From a virus (lineage: Duplodnaviria > Caudoviricetes): DNA of 44,641 nt. Each line of letters begins with the position of its first letter. Position 1 is the first letter of the stretch. Below the pieces are notes generated by a model that saw nothing but the letters and a program-made list of their open reading frames with translations, was not told the DNA's origin and did not search any database. This document shows, piece by piece, positions 1 to 7,941 of this stretch. The stretch covers positions 1-44,641 of IMG/VR virus record IMGVR_UViG_3300020045_015756; one strand, given 5' to 3'. The translations under genes were made by a program, and so were the position numbers.

Positions 1-202
1 AACAAAAAGACGATGCTGGGCAGACATCAACATCATTAATACCGTCTATAGAAATTGTAATTAGAACAGTGGAGTTATTCACCATTTTGCAAATATAGGA
101 GGGATTGGCTAAAGGAGTTCCTAGGGCTTGATATGACCCGGTAAATGTTGTTGAATCAATACTTCTTAGGGTTTCCCATGCTAGCCGTTGTGTGTAGCTC
201 AT
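1..202 (-). CDS. Small virion structural protein, N-terminal part (runs off window); allele of 38932-39264
   Basis: ATG at 202 with GGAG SD; reads MSYTQRLAWETLRSIDSTTFTGSYQALGTP..., nearly identical to the 110-aa ORF. Confidence 0.85.
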   Translation of the reverse strand, partial: MSYTQRLAWETLRSIDSTTFTGSYQALGTPLANPSYICKMVNNSTVLITISIDGINDVDVCPASSFC

Positions 203-210
203 TTTACTCC

Positions 211-423
211 CTATTCTTCATTTATGATCATTATTTCTTCTTCCTCTACCTCTTCCTCTTTTCCTTTCTTCTCTTCAGCTTCTCTGACTTGATCTTCAAT
301 CATTCCAATATGTTTTTGATATTGGAATATGATCTCCTTAGCGGTTACTAATGTAGTGTCGGAAGGAAAGTAAACGTGAGCTGTTTTTCCATCTACTGTT
401 GCCTCAAGTCTGGTAAAGTTCAT
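211..423 (-). CDS. Small acidic hypothetical protein (possible fibre chaperone), present only in allele A
   Basis: AGGAG SD; 70 aa with a Glu-rich tail; lies directly downstream of the fibre gene. Confidence 0.7.
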   Translation of the reverse strand: MNFTRLEATVDGKTAHVYFPSDTTLVTAKEIIFQYQKHIGMIEDQVREAEEKKGKEEEVEEEEIMIINEE

Positions 424-485
424 GTATCATCTCCTTTGTAAAGGTTAAGTTTTTTATTACCATAAGGAGGTGTTTTATTCTACCA

Positions 486-3329
486 CTAATTCATTACCCA
501 TCCAATTACTGTGATGTTCGATGTTGTAGTAGTGGCACCAGTTCCGTTGGTAAATGTTAATGTACATGAACCAGCAGCATTTACAACACTCTTTAGGGAC
601 ACAGCAGATCCTGTTGTTGTCCCAAACCATGTCAACATGATATCTGTTGATGCACCTGTGATTGTTGAGTTTTGTATTACAAGGGCCTGGTCAGCTGCTG
701 CTGCTATTGAAACACCACTGAATGCAACCTTGAAGTGTCTGTTGTTACATACTTGCGGACTTGCTGCCGCAGCAACATCTGTAGGAGTAACTTTGATACC
801 CCCAACATTTGAAAGAACATCTGGCACTGTCACTGCACTTGATGTAAAGGACGATGCTGTTCCAGTTCCGGAGGCTGTTGTTACAGTTAATCCTGTAGCA
901 GCACCAGAAGCAAGTGTTAATGTTGTAGGACCATTAACGGCAACTGTTGTTGTAACCTGACCAATTGTTACTGCGTGAGCGGCAGCTCCTGTGGCAATAT
1001 TGACAGCACCGGCACGTGTAGCGCCTGTTGCAAGTAAGTTAAATGTCTGTGTACCAGCTGTTGCGGCACCGTTCATGATATTTAGAGTTGTGCTAGCACC
1101 AGGTGTTGTACCATTAAGGATATTAACGATGTTTGCACCAGCATTTGATGTGCCTGAAAGAATCTGTACTGTTTGACCTGTTGCGTTAGTAGCAGCACCA
1201 ATTGTGATTGTTCCTGTTCCTGCAGTACCACCAAGTGTTATAGTACCTGATGTCAATGCATTACCAATTGTCACAGAACCAGTTGTTTGTGTGTTACCAA
1301 TAGTAATTACGTTAGCTGCAGTACCGCCAATAGCAATTGTTTTAACGCCGGTACCACCAGTACCGATATTAACTGCCATTGCGTTTGTTCCTGTTGCCAG
1401 ATTAAATACTTGAGTACCACCAGAAGCGTTACCAGAGAACATGTTGATTGTTTGTGTACCAGCAGAAGGGGCACCACCAAGAATTGTTACAGTATCATCT
1501 TGAGCAGAGTTACCGCCAGCGATTGTAATTACACGAGCGGCATCTGGGGCGACATTACCCATACCTATTGTGGTTACCCTGGCGTTGTTACCTAATGCCA
1601 AGACACCAGCACCAGAAGAGCCTGCTCCTGAAAGGATATTAACTGTAGAGTTAGCAGCAGATGCACCGTTAGCAATGTTAACAGTCTGAGCAGTGCTGTT
1701 AATTCCGTTAGCCATATTTACAGTTAAGCTACCAGCGATTGTGTTACCTAGGTTAAGAACCTGTGTACCACCTGTAGCTGTTCCTGAAAGGACGCTTACT
1801 GTTTGTGTACCAGCAGAAGGAGCACCGTTAAGAACGTTAACGGTATCATCTTGTGCTGAGTTACCACCGTTGATTGTTGTTATCCTAGCAGCAGCTGGAG
1901 CTACGTTACCGATACCAATAGTGGTTACACGCGTATTGCTACCAAGAGCTAATACACCAGCTCCTGTTGTACCTGTTCCGGAAAGGATATTAACTGTTGA
2001 GTTAGCACCCGAGTTTCCGTTAGCTATTGAAACCGTCTGAGCTGTTGTGTTTATGCCGTTACCGATCGTTATCTGGTTACCATCTACACCGTTACCTATA
2101 CCGATAGTTTTTGCTCCACCAAGATTTGCTATGGCTATTGTCTGGGCTGCTGTAGAAGCGGAAATGGTAATGGTACCTGTCTGTGCACCTGTACCGCCGA
2201 TAGAAATTGTACCACTTGTCATACCAGCACCGATAGAGACAGAGCCGGCTGTTTGAACATCAGCAATTGTTAGTGTTGTGGCACCAGAACCGTTTGCTAT
2301 TTTCATTGCATTTGATCCAGAAGATGATCCTAAAACCATATCTCCTGTTTGTGCTGTACCCCCGATAGTTATCGATCCTGAAGTTGTAGCAGCGCCTACT
2401 GTGTAAGTAGAAGTCGCTGCGCCATTCAGGGCAAAGTTACCAGTACCAACTAACAATGAGATACCGGATGTTGATGAAACGCTACCGATAGTAACAACGT
2501 TAGAAACTGCCCCTGTACCAATGTTAACTGCTTTCGCTGAGCCAGCGCCTCCGGCAATATTAACAGTGGTAGCTCCTGTTCCAGCTCCTATAGCTACAAT
2601 ATTTGTGCCAGAAGAAGAACCGATAGTCATTGTACCAGTTTGTGCTGTACCACCAATTGTCATAGTTCCTGTTGTAGTGGATGCGCCAATTGCATAAGTA
2701 GATGTAGCGGCACCATCAAGAGAGAAATTTCCTGTACCAACAAGGAGAGAAATTCCAGCTGCTCCACCTGTGTTACCAATTGTAGTAACAATACCGCTTC
2801 CATTACCGATAGTTGTTGTGTTATTTGATGTCAAAGTTGTGAAAGCACCAGCTGCCGGTGTTGTTCCACCTGTTGCTGGAGGAGCCGCAAACACAGCTGC
2901 TAGGTTGCTTGGCTGCACCGCTAACGCTGTAACGCCAGGAACTGTTGCAGTGCCGGCTACAGCTTGAGCATCTGTTGACAAGTTAGTGATACCGGTAACA
3001 CCAGTCTGAGCGATATTAGCGCCGGCTAGAACCAGTGATTGTCCATAGTCGTAAACAGCCTTTGCGTAAGGAACTAATGTTGTTGAAGTAGAATCTGTAA
3101 CAACATTAGAAGACAGTTGCACGATACCCGCAGTTGTGGTAGTAGCGTAAGCATTACCCCCAGCTTGCCAGGTGGATCCGTTGAAGATGTACTCTGTAGG
3201 AGGGGAGGTGGAAGTATCGAAATACTGCTGTCCTAATTGTCCAAGGAATGAGCTAGGAGGTGCACCAACACCTGTTACTGCTCCCTGGGGTACACTTATT
3301 AAACCACCTATTCCATATGCTACGGGCAT
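486..3329 (-). CDS. Tail fibre / adhesin, beta-solenoid-like, allele A (947 aa)
   Basis: G/T/A/N/S-rich with 97-aa and 117-aa internal duplications; AGGAG SD; N-terminus shared with 39277-41868; located in the tail module. Confidence 0.8.
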   Translation of the reverse strand: MPVAYGIGGLISVPQGAVTGVGAPPSSFLGQLGQQYFDTSTSPPTEYIFNGSTWQAGGNAYATTTTAGIVQLSSNVVTDSTSTTLVPYAKAVYDYGQSLVLAGANIAQTGVTGITNLSTDAQAVAGTATVPGVTALAVQPSNLAAVFAAPPATGGTTPAAGAFTTLTSNNTTTIGNGSGIVTTIGNTGGAAGISLLVGTGNFSLDGAATSTYAIGASTTTGTMTIGGTAQTGTMTIGSSSGTNIVAIGAGTGATTVNIAGGAGSAKAVNIGTGAVSNVVTIGSVSSTSGISLLVGTGNFALNGAATSTYTVGAATTSGSITIGGTAQTGDMVLGSSSGSNAMKIANGSGATTLTIADVQTAGSVSIGAGMTSGTISIGGTGAQTGTITISASTAAQTIAIANLGGAKTIGIGNGVDGNQITIGNGINTTAQTVSIANGNSGANSTVNILSGTGTTGAGVLALGSNTRVTTIGIGNVAPAAARITTINGGNSAQDDTVNVLNGAPSAGTQTVSVLSGTATGGTQVLNLGNTIAGSLTVNMANGINSTAQTVNIANGASAANSTVNILSGAGSSGAGVLALGNNARVTTIGMGNVAPDAARVITIAGGNSAQDDTVTILGGAPSAGTQTINMFSGNASGGTQVFNLATGTNAMAVNIGTGGTGVKTIAIGGTAANVITIGNTQTTGSVTIGNALTSGTITLGGTAGTGTITIGAATNATGQTVQILSGTSNAGANIVNILNGTTPGASTTLNIMNGAATAGTQTFNLLATGATRAGAVNIATGAAAHAVTIGQVTTTVAVNGPTTLTLASGAATGLTVTTASGTGTASSFTSSAVTVPDVLSNVGGIKVTPTDVAAAASPQVCNNRHFKVAFSGVSIAAAADQALVIQNSTITGASTDIMLTWFGTTTGSAVSLKSVVNAAGSCTLTFTNGTGATTTTSNITVIGWVMN

Positions 3330-3415
3330 GACTGACTCCTTTATTAGCCTTAAAAATTTTATAATGCATCAAATAGGTCTAATAGTCAAACAAATAATTT
3401 AACGATTCACAGCTA

Positions 3416-3443
3416 TTGACAAAAAATCACATGGCGATATAAC
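3416..3443 (+). promoter_or_regulatory. Sigma70-type promoter for the HTH/micropeptide operon
   Basis: TTGACA-16 nt-TATAAC, conserved at 41955-41982. Confidence 0.65.
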
Positions 3444-3470
3444 ATAAATAACAAACAATGAGTGGTTTAT

Positions 3471-3722
3471 ATGATGAAGAAAAGTTTACGGTTTTTTACA
3501 CCCAAAGAGCTAGCTAGCATGTTGAATGTGCATCCTAATACGATTTACAATAGTATTAAGTCTGGAAGGATTCACGCATGTAGAATTGGGGGAGGGAAGA
3601 AAGGCTCTTATAGAATATATGAAAATGATATAGAAAGGCTTATTGAGAACGACTCAAGGGAGATAATCGAGAAAATAATACAAAATAGAGTAGAAGAAGA
3701 ACTTAAAAAAAGAGGAGGATAG
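3471..3722 (+). CDS. Excisionase/MerR-like helix-turn-helix DNA-binding protein (HTH_17 type)
   Basis: FFTPKELASMLNVHPNTIYNSIKSGRIHACRIGG...YRI pattern; an identical protein is at 42010-42261. Start is ATG 3471 or 3474. Confidence 0.85.
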   Translation: MMKKSLRFFTPKELASMLNVHPNTIYNSIKSGRIHACRIGGGKKGSYRIYENDIERLIENDSREIIEKIIQNRVEEELKKRGG

Positions 3723-3723
3723 G

Positions 3724-3801
3724 ATGAATGTAGTTTTAGGGTTTATTGCCATGTTCATGGCTATTAGTGGTGTTTACTGGAGCGTTCCACATGGAAAATA
3801 A
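3724..3801 (+). CDS. 25-aa hydrophobic micropeptide (not in ORF track)
   Basis: MNVVLGFIAMFMAISGVYWSVPHGK; GGAGG SD inside the HTH 3' end; conserved at 42796-42873. Confidence 0.6.
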   Translation: MNVVLGFIAMFMAISGVYWSVPHGK

Positions 3802-3961
3802 AACAAAGAGAATAGATTGGGAGAAGATATCGGTTTATTTCACTGCATTAGCTATATTGATAACCATTATGGTATTCTTAAATCAATTCCAGAGAGACAT
3901 TATGGATATTGTAGAGAGAATAGCGGTTTTAGAAACAAAAATAGAGGCACACATAAAATGA
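3791..3961 (+). CDS. Small single-TM coiled-coil protein
   Basis: MENKTK..., one TM segment then heptads (DIVERIAVLETK); GGAG SD; allele at 42863-43036. Confidence 0.7.
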   Translation: MENKTKRIDWEKISVYFTALAILITIMVFLNQFQRDIMDIVERIAVLETKIEAHIK

Positions 3962-4026
3962 TTGAATTTGTGTGCATGTTTGTTCTTTGCTTTGGAATTA
4001 AGGTAATACTAGCAGTTATAGATTAA
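3958..4026 (+). CDS. 22-aa hydrophobic micropeptide
   Basis: MIEFVCMFVLCFGIKVILAVID; ATGA overlap with the upstream gene; its stop overlaps the convergent ejection gene stop. Confidence 0.5.
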   Translation: MIEFVCMFVLCFGIKVILAVID

Positions 4027-5516
4027 CGCTCACTATTAGATGCTTCCTCAGTAAGAAAGTCCCAGTCTTCTTTCGGATGGGATTTTTCCATATATTTCTT
4101 TACTTGATTAGCAAGATTTTTTATTCCCTGAATAGAAGATTGGTTGGCGTTTACTACCATTTTCTTCGATATATTCTGCAAATAAGGACTCAAAAGCATT
4201 TCCCTTGCAAGCAGTCGAGAGGCCGCTTCTGTGGCCACAGCTTTTAATGGAAGAGGATTGCCGGTTAGAAAAGCCCACCCTGCCATCGGAAGCCCTATCG
4301 CTTCCGCTTTATTTATGAAAGAATCCACTATTCCTGGTTTAAGCTTCTTATTAATCTGAGAATATTTTGAGTAGAGCTTATTTGTGAGCTCGAAATCTTT
4401 AGCTAATTCAGGAGATGTCTTATGTAGAGCATCTAAAACCGGTTTTTTCAATTCAGCAAGGGCCTTTTTTCCCCCACTAATGCTATTCCAGTTTACAGAC
4501 CTATTGATGTCTTGCCAAAAATTAATCAAGTACTCGGGAGTCACTGATTTATTATTTATCGAATCGATTGCCTCTTCAATAAACCCAAGAGCTGCCTTTC
4601 GATCTGGTGACGAGGCTAGTGTTTTGGATAGTTTGTCTTGGATATCAACAAATTCGTCATATAGTTTTGTTCTTCTATCCCCACCAATAATCTTCTGTGC
4701 TTGTGGGCTGTTCTTAATAGATGTATACGAATCTCCAAGCGTGTCTTTTATTTCTGAGAAGACCCTTTTTGTCTTACTGCCCTTTCTAGCCAATTTAGAC
4801 AATATTGATGACTTAACTTCCCCCTGTATAAGAGGGGTTATTTGTGATTCGGTTAAACCTATCTTCCTTCCCGCCTCTACGATATCTTTAGCCTTTTTTC
4901 CTGGAAGTAATCGTTTAGAAACGGCCGCCTGTCCAATGGGGGCCACTATTTCCGTCAATGCTGCCAATTCCTCTGGGGCTCCTGCTTCCCTAAGTCCTTG
5001 TCCAGCTAAACCTGCGCCAAGAGAAGTTAACAACGTTTTAGCGCCACCACCACCAAAAGCTGCTGTTTCTCCTAGAAACTCTGCTCCCCGACCCGCTATT
5101 CTACCTGCTGGAGTTTTCCCCTCTCCTATTCCAGTCAGCTCCTTAATGCCTCTTTTTACCTGACTAGAGGAAGGGAATCTGGATCCTAAAGGAATAGGTT
5201 CATCTAGTTCAGAAATTAAAAGCATCTCACCATAAGATGGAGTTTCACCTCTATTTAATTTATCTATTATCTGAGAGCGGACATCTTGCATTTGCTTTTG
5301 TTCAGAAGTAATAGCACCCTCTGGAGACTGGGCATGTAATAAATCAAGAATATCTCCATATGCTCCTCCAGCCCCCGCAATCCCCTTAGAAAGGGATTGT
5401 TCGGCAACATCCCTAGAGACAGAAGGTGACTTTGGCTTCAGCCTCAAAGAAGAAGGCGCTGACGATGATTGCTTTTCTGGTTTAGATTTCAAGCGTAGAG
5501 AAGATGGAAAAGTCAT
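4023..5516 (-). CDS. Putative DNA ejection / internal virion protein, allele A (497 aa)
   Basis: Last of three helical G/A-rich ORFs after the nozzle gene, the position of podovirus ejection proteins; hydrophobic Gly-rich segments. Confidence 0.65.
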   Translation of the reverse strand: MTFPSSLRLKSKPEKQSSSAPSSLRLKPKSPSVSRDVAEQSLSKGIAGAGGAYGDILDLLHAQSPEGAITSEQKQMQDVRSQIIDKLNRGETPSYGEMLLISELDEPIPLGSRFPSSSQVKRGIKELTGIGEGKTPAGRIAGRGAEFLGETAAFGGGGAKTLLTSLGAGLAGQGLREAGAPEELAALTEIVAPIGQAAVSKRLLPGKKAKDIVEAGRKIGLTESQITPLIQGEVKSSILSKLARKGSKTKRVFSEIKDTLGDSYTSIKNSPQAQKIIGGDRRTKLYDEFVDIQDKLSKTLASSPDRKAALGFIEEAIDSINNKSVTPEYLINFWQDINRSVNWNSISGGKKALAELKKPVLDALHKTSPELAKDFELTNKLYSKYSQINKKLKPGIVDSFINKAEAIGLPMAGWAFLTGNPLPLKAVATEAASRLLAREMLLSPYLQNISKKMVVNANQSSIQGIKNLANQVKKYMEKSHPKEDWDFLTEEASNSER

Positions 5517-6757
5517 ATTAATCTAAACCCTTCTGGTAATTGTTCTACTTCTTCTTCATCTACTTCATAAGTCTGTCCATCTGGTCCCATAACTTCAACC
5601 ATTCTTCCAGATAAATTTGAACCACCCTGTGGTTGCAAAGAGCCGTATCTATTTAAAAGACTGTCTGTTTCCTCCCTTACAAATGACTGGGCGAGCTCAT
5701 CGGCCTTTTCTTCTGGGATTCCGGAAAGACCATATTTCTTATAAACCTTATCGAGAGAGTCGGCATATAAATTATCTAACTTATTATTCACGCCAATTAA
5801 ATCTATGATTCTTTTTCTACCCTCATGAGTATTAAGCAGGCCTGGAAATTGTTTCATGAAAGATACTAAGTCAAAATTAGTAACCCGTGATCCAAAGGCA
5901 TCCTTAGCCCTATTTTGGAAACGAGCAATGATTTTTACAAATTCCTGAACATCGGGAGAAACAAGCCCTGCTAATTGAGCTAATGGACGAGGCTCCCCTG
6001 TTTCTGGATCTATTATAATTCTTCCCACGCCCTCTGGAAGTTTAGAACTAAGTTTATCTAACCTAGAGAAGTCAGCCTGATCTTTCTTGCTGTCTATAAG
6101 AGTTTTCTTGTTTTGTTGAAAAACGGGAACATTTTCTTTTCTCCAGCTTTTCTTTTCATCATTCCATTCTTTTGGAGAATATCCGGATGGTCTTTTTGTA
6201 AAACTAGGCCATTCGAAGTCTTTTTCTATTTTACCATTTTTCATTTGAGGAATTTTCTTTTCCTGGCCTTCTTCTACATCCATAGGCTGTTCAGGGGCTT
6301 CTACCCCTTGCAACATCTTATTCAGGTCCTCTCCCCTTAGTTTTGCATCAATTCCGTGTTTAAGAAGTTCTGTTTTTCCACCTGTGGGCGCCGCTTTCCA
6401 TATATTAGCAAATTTCTCACCAAAAGCTTCTTTGACCTTCCCATAAGATTCTTCATCCTGAAATCTTTCAGCTTGTCCTTTTTGAGAAAGTTGTTGTTGT
6501 TTCATTCTCTGAATATCAGATGCGCCAGATTGTTTCAGATTTTGAATTAATAAAGCTCTCTGCGTATCTGGATCTAACCCAGATAAATCCATGCCAGTTA
6601 GTCGTGTGGCTGCTTCAGTTCCTTGTTGTCTTTCTCTCTGATTTTTTAAATTAGAGAAATATCTATCCACTTGTTCCGGCAGTTGTTGAGCTGCACTTCC
6701 GACTAAGCTTTCGAAAAAAGACATTGGTTTTGGATTTGCGGGTAAAACTTGGACCAT
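5513..6757 (-). CDS. Putative DNA ejection / internal virion protein (414 aa)
   Basis: Q/E/K-rich and helical; GAGGT SD; overlaps the downstream gene by 4 nt. Confidence 0.6.
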   Translation of the reverse strand: MVQVLPANPKPMSFFESLVGSAAQQLPEQVDRYFSNLKNQRERQQGTEAATRLTGMDLSGLDPDTQRALLIQNLKQSGASDIQRMKQQQLSQKGQAERFQDEESYGKVKEAFGEKFANIWKAAPTGGKTELLKHGIDAKLRGEDLNKMLQGVEAPEQPMDVEEGQEKKIPQMKNGKIEKDFEWPSFTKRPSGYSPKEWNDEKKSWRKENVPVFQQNKKTLIDSKKDQADFSRLDKLSSKLPEGVGRIIIDPETGEPRPLAQLAGLVSPDVQEFVKIIARFQNRAKDAFGSRVTNFDLVSFMKQFPGLLNTHEGRKRIIDLIGVNNKLDNLYADSLDKVYKKYGLSGIPEEKADELAQSFVREETDSLLNRYGSLQPQGGSNLSGRMVEVMGPDGQTYEVDEEEVEQLPEGFRLI

Positions 6758-6774
6758 TTTATACCTCTATTTGT

Positions 6775-7398
6775 TTAACGTACACCAGCACTTCCTAATC
6801 TGCCTCTTCCTAATGCAGCACCAGCACCGCCTGACACACCACCAGCTAATGCGCCGATTGGTCCTGCTGTGAGAAAACCGCTGATAGCGCCAGGAATAGC
6901 CCCACCAAGACTGGAACCGAGAGAAGACATAAATCCAGAACTTTGTTTTGGAACTAAGAAATTTTCATATGGACGCTGACCCAGTAAATCCCCGCTCAAT
7001 CCCATCAAATCCATGATAGCCTGTCTTTGTAATGCTTGACGTCTTGATTGAAGATCCTGTGCAAAATTAGAGGCTGCCTGATTCACTGTATTTTGAAAAC
7101 CGCTACTGCGTCTTGCGCCCATTCCCATTCCACTAAATCTAGAAGCGATATTACCTTGCAATTCGCTAAATTGACGTAGAGCTGGAGCTTCCGTTTGTTC
7201 AAATTGAGACTGATCTCCACCGGCGAGTCTAGACAGATAGCTATCCGGACTAACATTACTGAATAATTGCTGGAATAGTTGCATCTGTTCTGGAGTAAAC
7301 TGCTGAATTTTTCCAGACTTGTACCCAGATGGGATCTTATTTCCGGTTCTTCCTTGTGCCCCTACTAGAGAATTTCCACCTGACATACCAAATGACAT
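6775..7398 (-). CDS. Putative small ejection (pilot) protein
   Basis: Q/G/S-rich with a Gly-rich hydrophobic C-terminus; GAGGT SD favours ATG 7398. Confidence 0.6.
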   Translation of the reverse strand: MSFGMSGGNSLVGAQGRTGNKIPSGYKSGKIQQFTPEQMQLFQQLFSNVSPDSYLSRLAGGDQSQFEQTEAPALRQFSELQGNIASRFSGMGMGARRSSGFQNTVNQAASNFAQDLQSRRQALQRQAIMDLMGLSGDLLGQRPYENFLVPKQSSGFMSSLGSSLGGAIPGAISGFLTAGPIGALAGGVSGGAGAALGRGRLGSAGVR

Positions 7399-7449
7399 AA
7401 CCACCTCACTTTCCTATAGGATATCATAAGTATAAAATATTTTATATTT

Positions 7450-7941
7450 CTATTTGTCCGATATCCATTCTAGCACTATTTTTCCACTGGTAAGAGCTGG
7501 CGCTCCAGCCCCTACCACAAATCTGATCACATCTGAGGTTGTAGAAGCGCCGTTAACTGTGACATAGAATAATATTTGTCCGGCTACTGCCACGCTCGTT
7601 CCTGGAATAAGACCATACCATGAAGTTCCATCAGTATACGTACCATCGAATCTTGTAAATTGAGAGATAGATGAGATTTTAAACCCAATATTTATGTCGG
7701 CTGTAGAAGTAAATGTATATACCTGCCTAAGGCCCTGTTGTCTTTGGGCACCATCTAAGAACCAGTTCTCACCCGTGATAGCACTTCGATTAACTGGAAA
7801 AATCCCTATAGTGCGGTTATTAACAGCATTACTGGTATCAATATAGGCTTTGGATAACTGTAGAGTAAGTTTCTTAATATCCTCAGGAAACTCCCTAGAG
7901 GTTCTTAAAAATGCAACCTGATTAGCAACATTAGCACTCAT
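7450..7941 (-). CDS. Virion structural protein (163 aa)
   Basis: Coupled to the nozzle gene; helical N-terminus followed by a beta-rich domain. Confidence 0.65.
   Translation of the reverse strand: MSANVANQVAFLRTSREFPEDIKKLTLQLSKAYIDTSNAVNNRTIGIFPVNRSAITGENWFLDGAQRQQGLRQVYTFTSTADINIGFKISSISQFTRFDGTYTDGTSWYGLIPGTSVAVAGQILFYVTVNGASTTSDVIRFVVGAGAPALTSGKIVLEWISDK

Larger units (their letters stand above)
1..5302. repeat. Variable locus, allele A (diverged direct repeat of 39065-44641)
   Basis: 3-121 is identical to 39065-39183, ~3300-3720 is near-identical to ~41840-42260, and 5182-5302 is identical to 44521-44641. The intervening genes are diverged. Confidence 0.95.

Noticed and set aside
511-3402. 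Many + strand ORFs rich in V/P/A over fibre A (also 39509-41734, 36448-38945, 4384-5163, 43705-44166)
   Set aside because: Antisense shadows of long biased-codon genes; no SD sequences and no protein-like features.
3437-3447. XerD-arm-like TTATGTTATAT (minus strand) as a dif site
   Set aside because: No XerC-like arm 6 bp away; the sequence is explained by the promoter -10 region.
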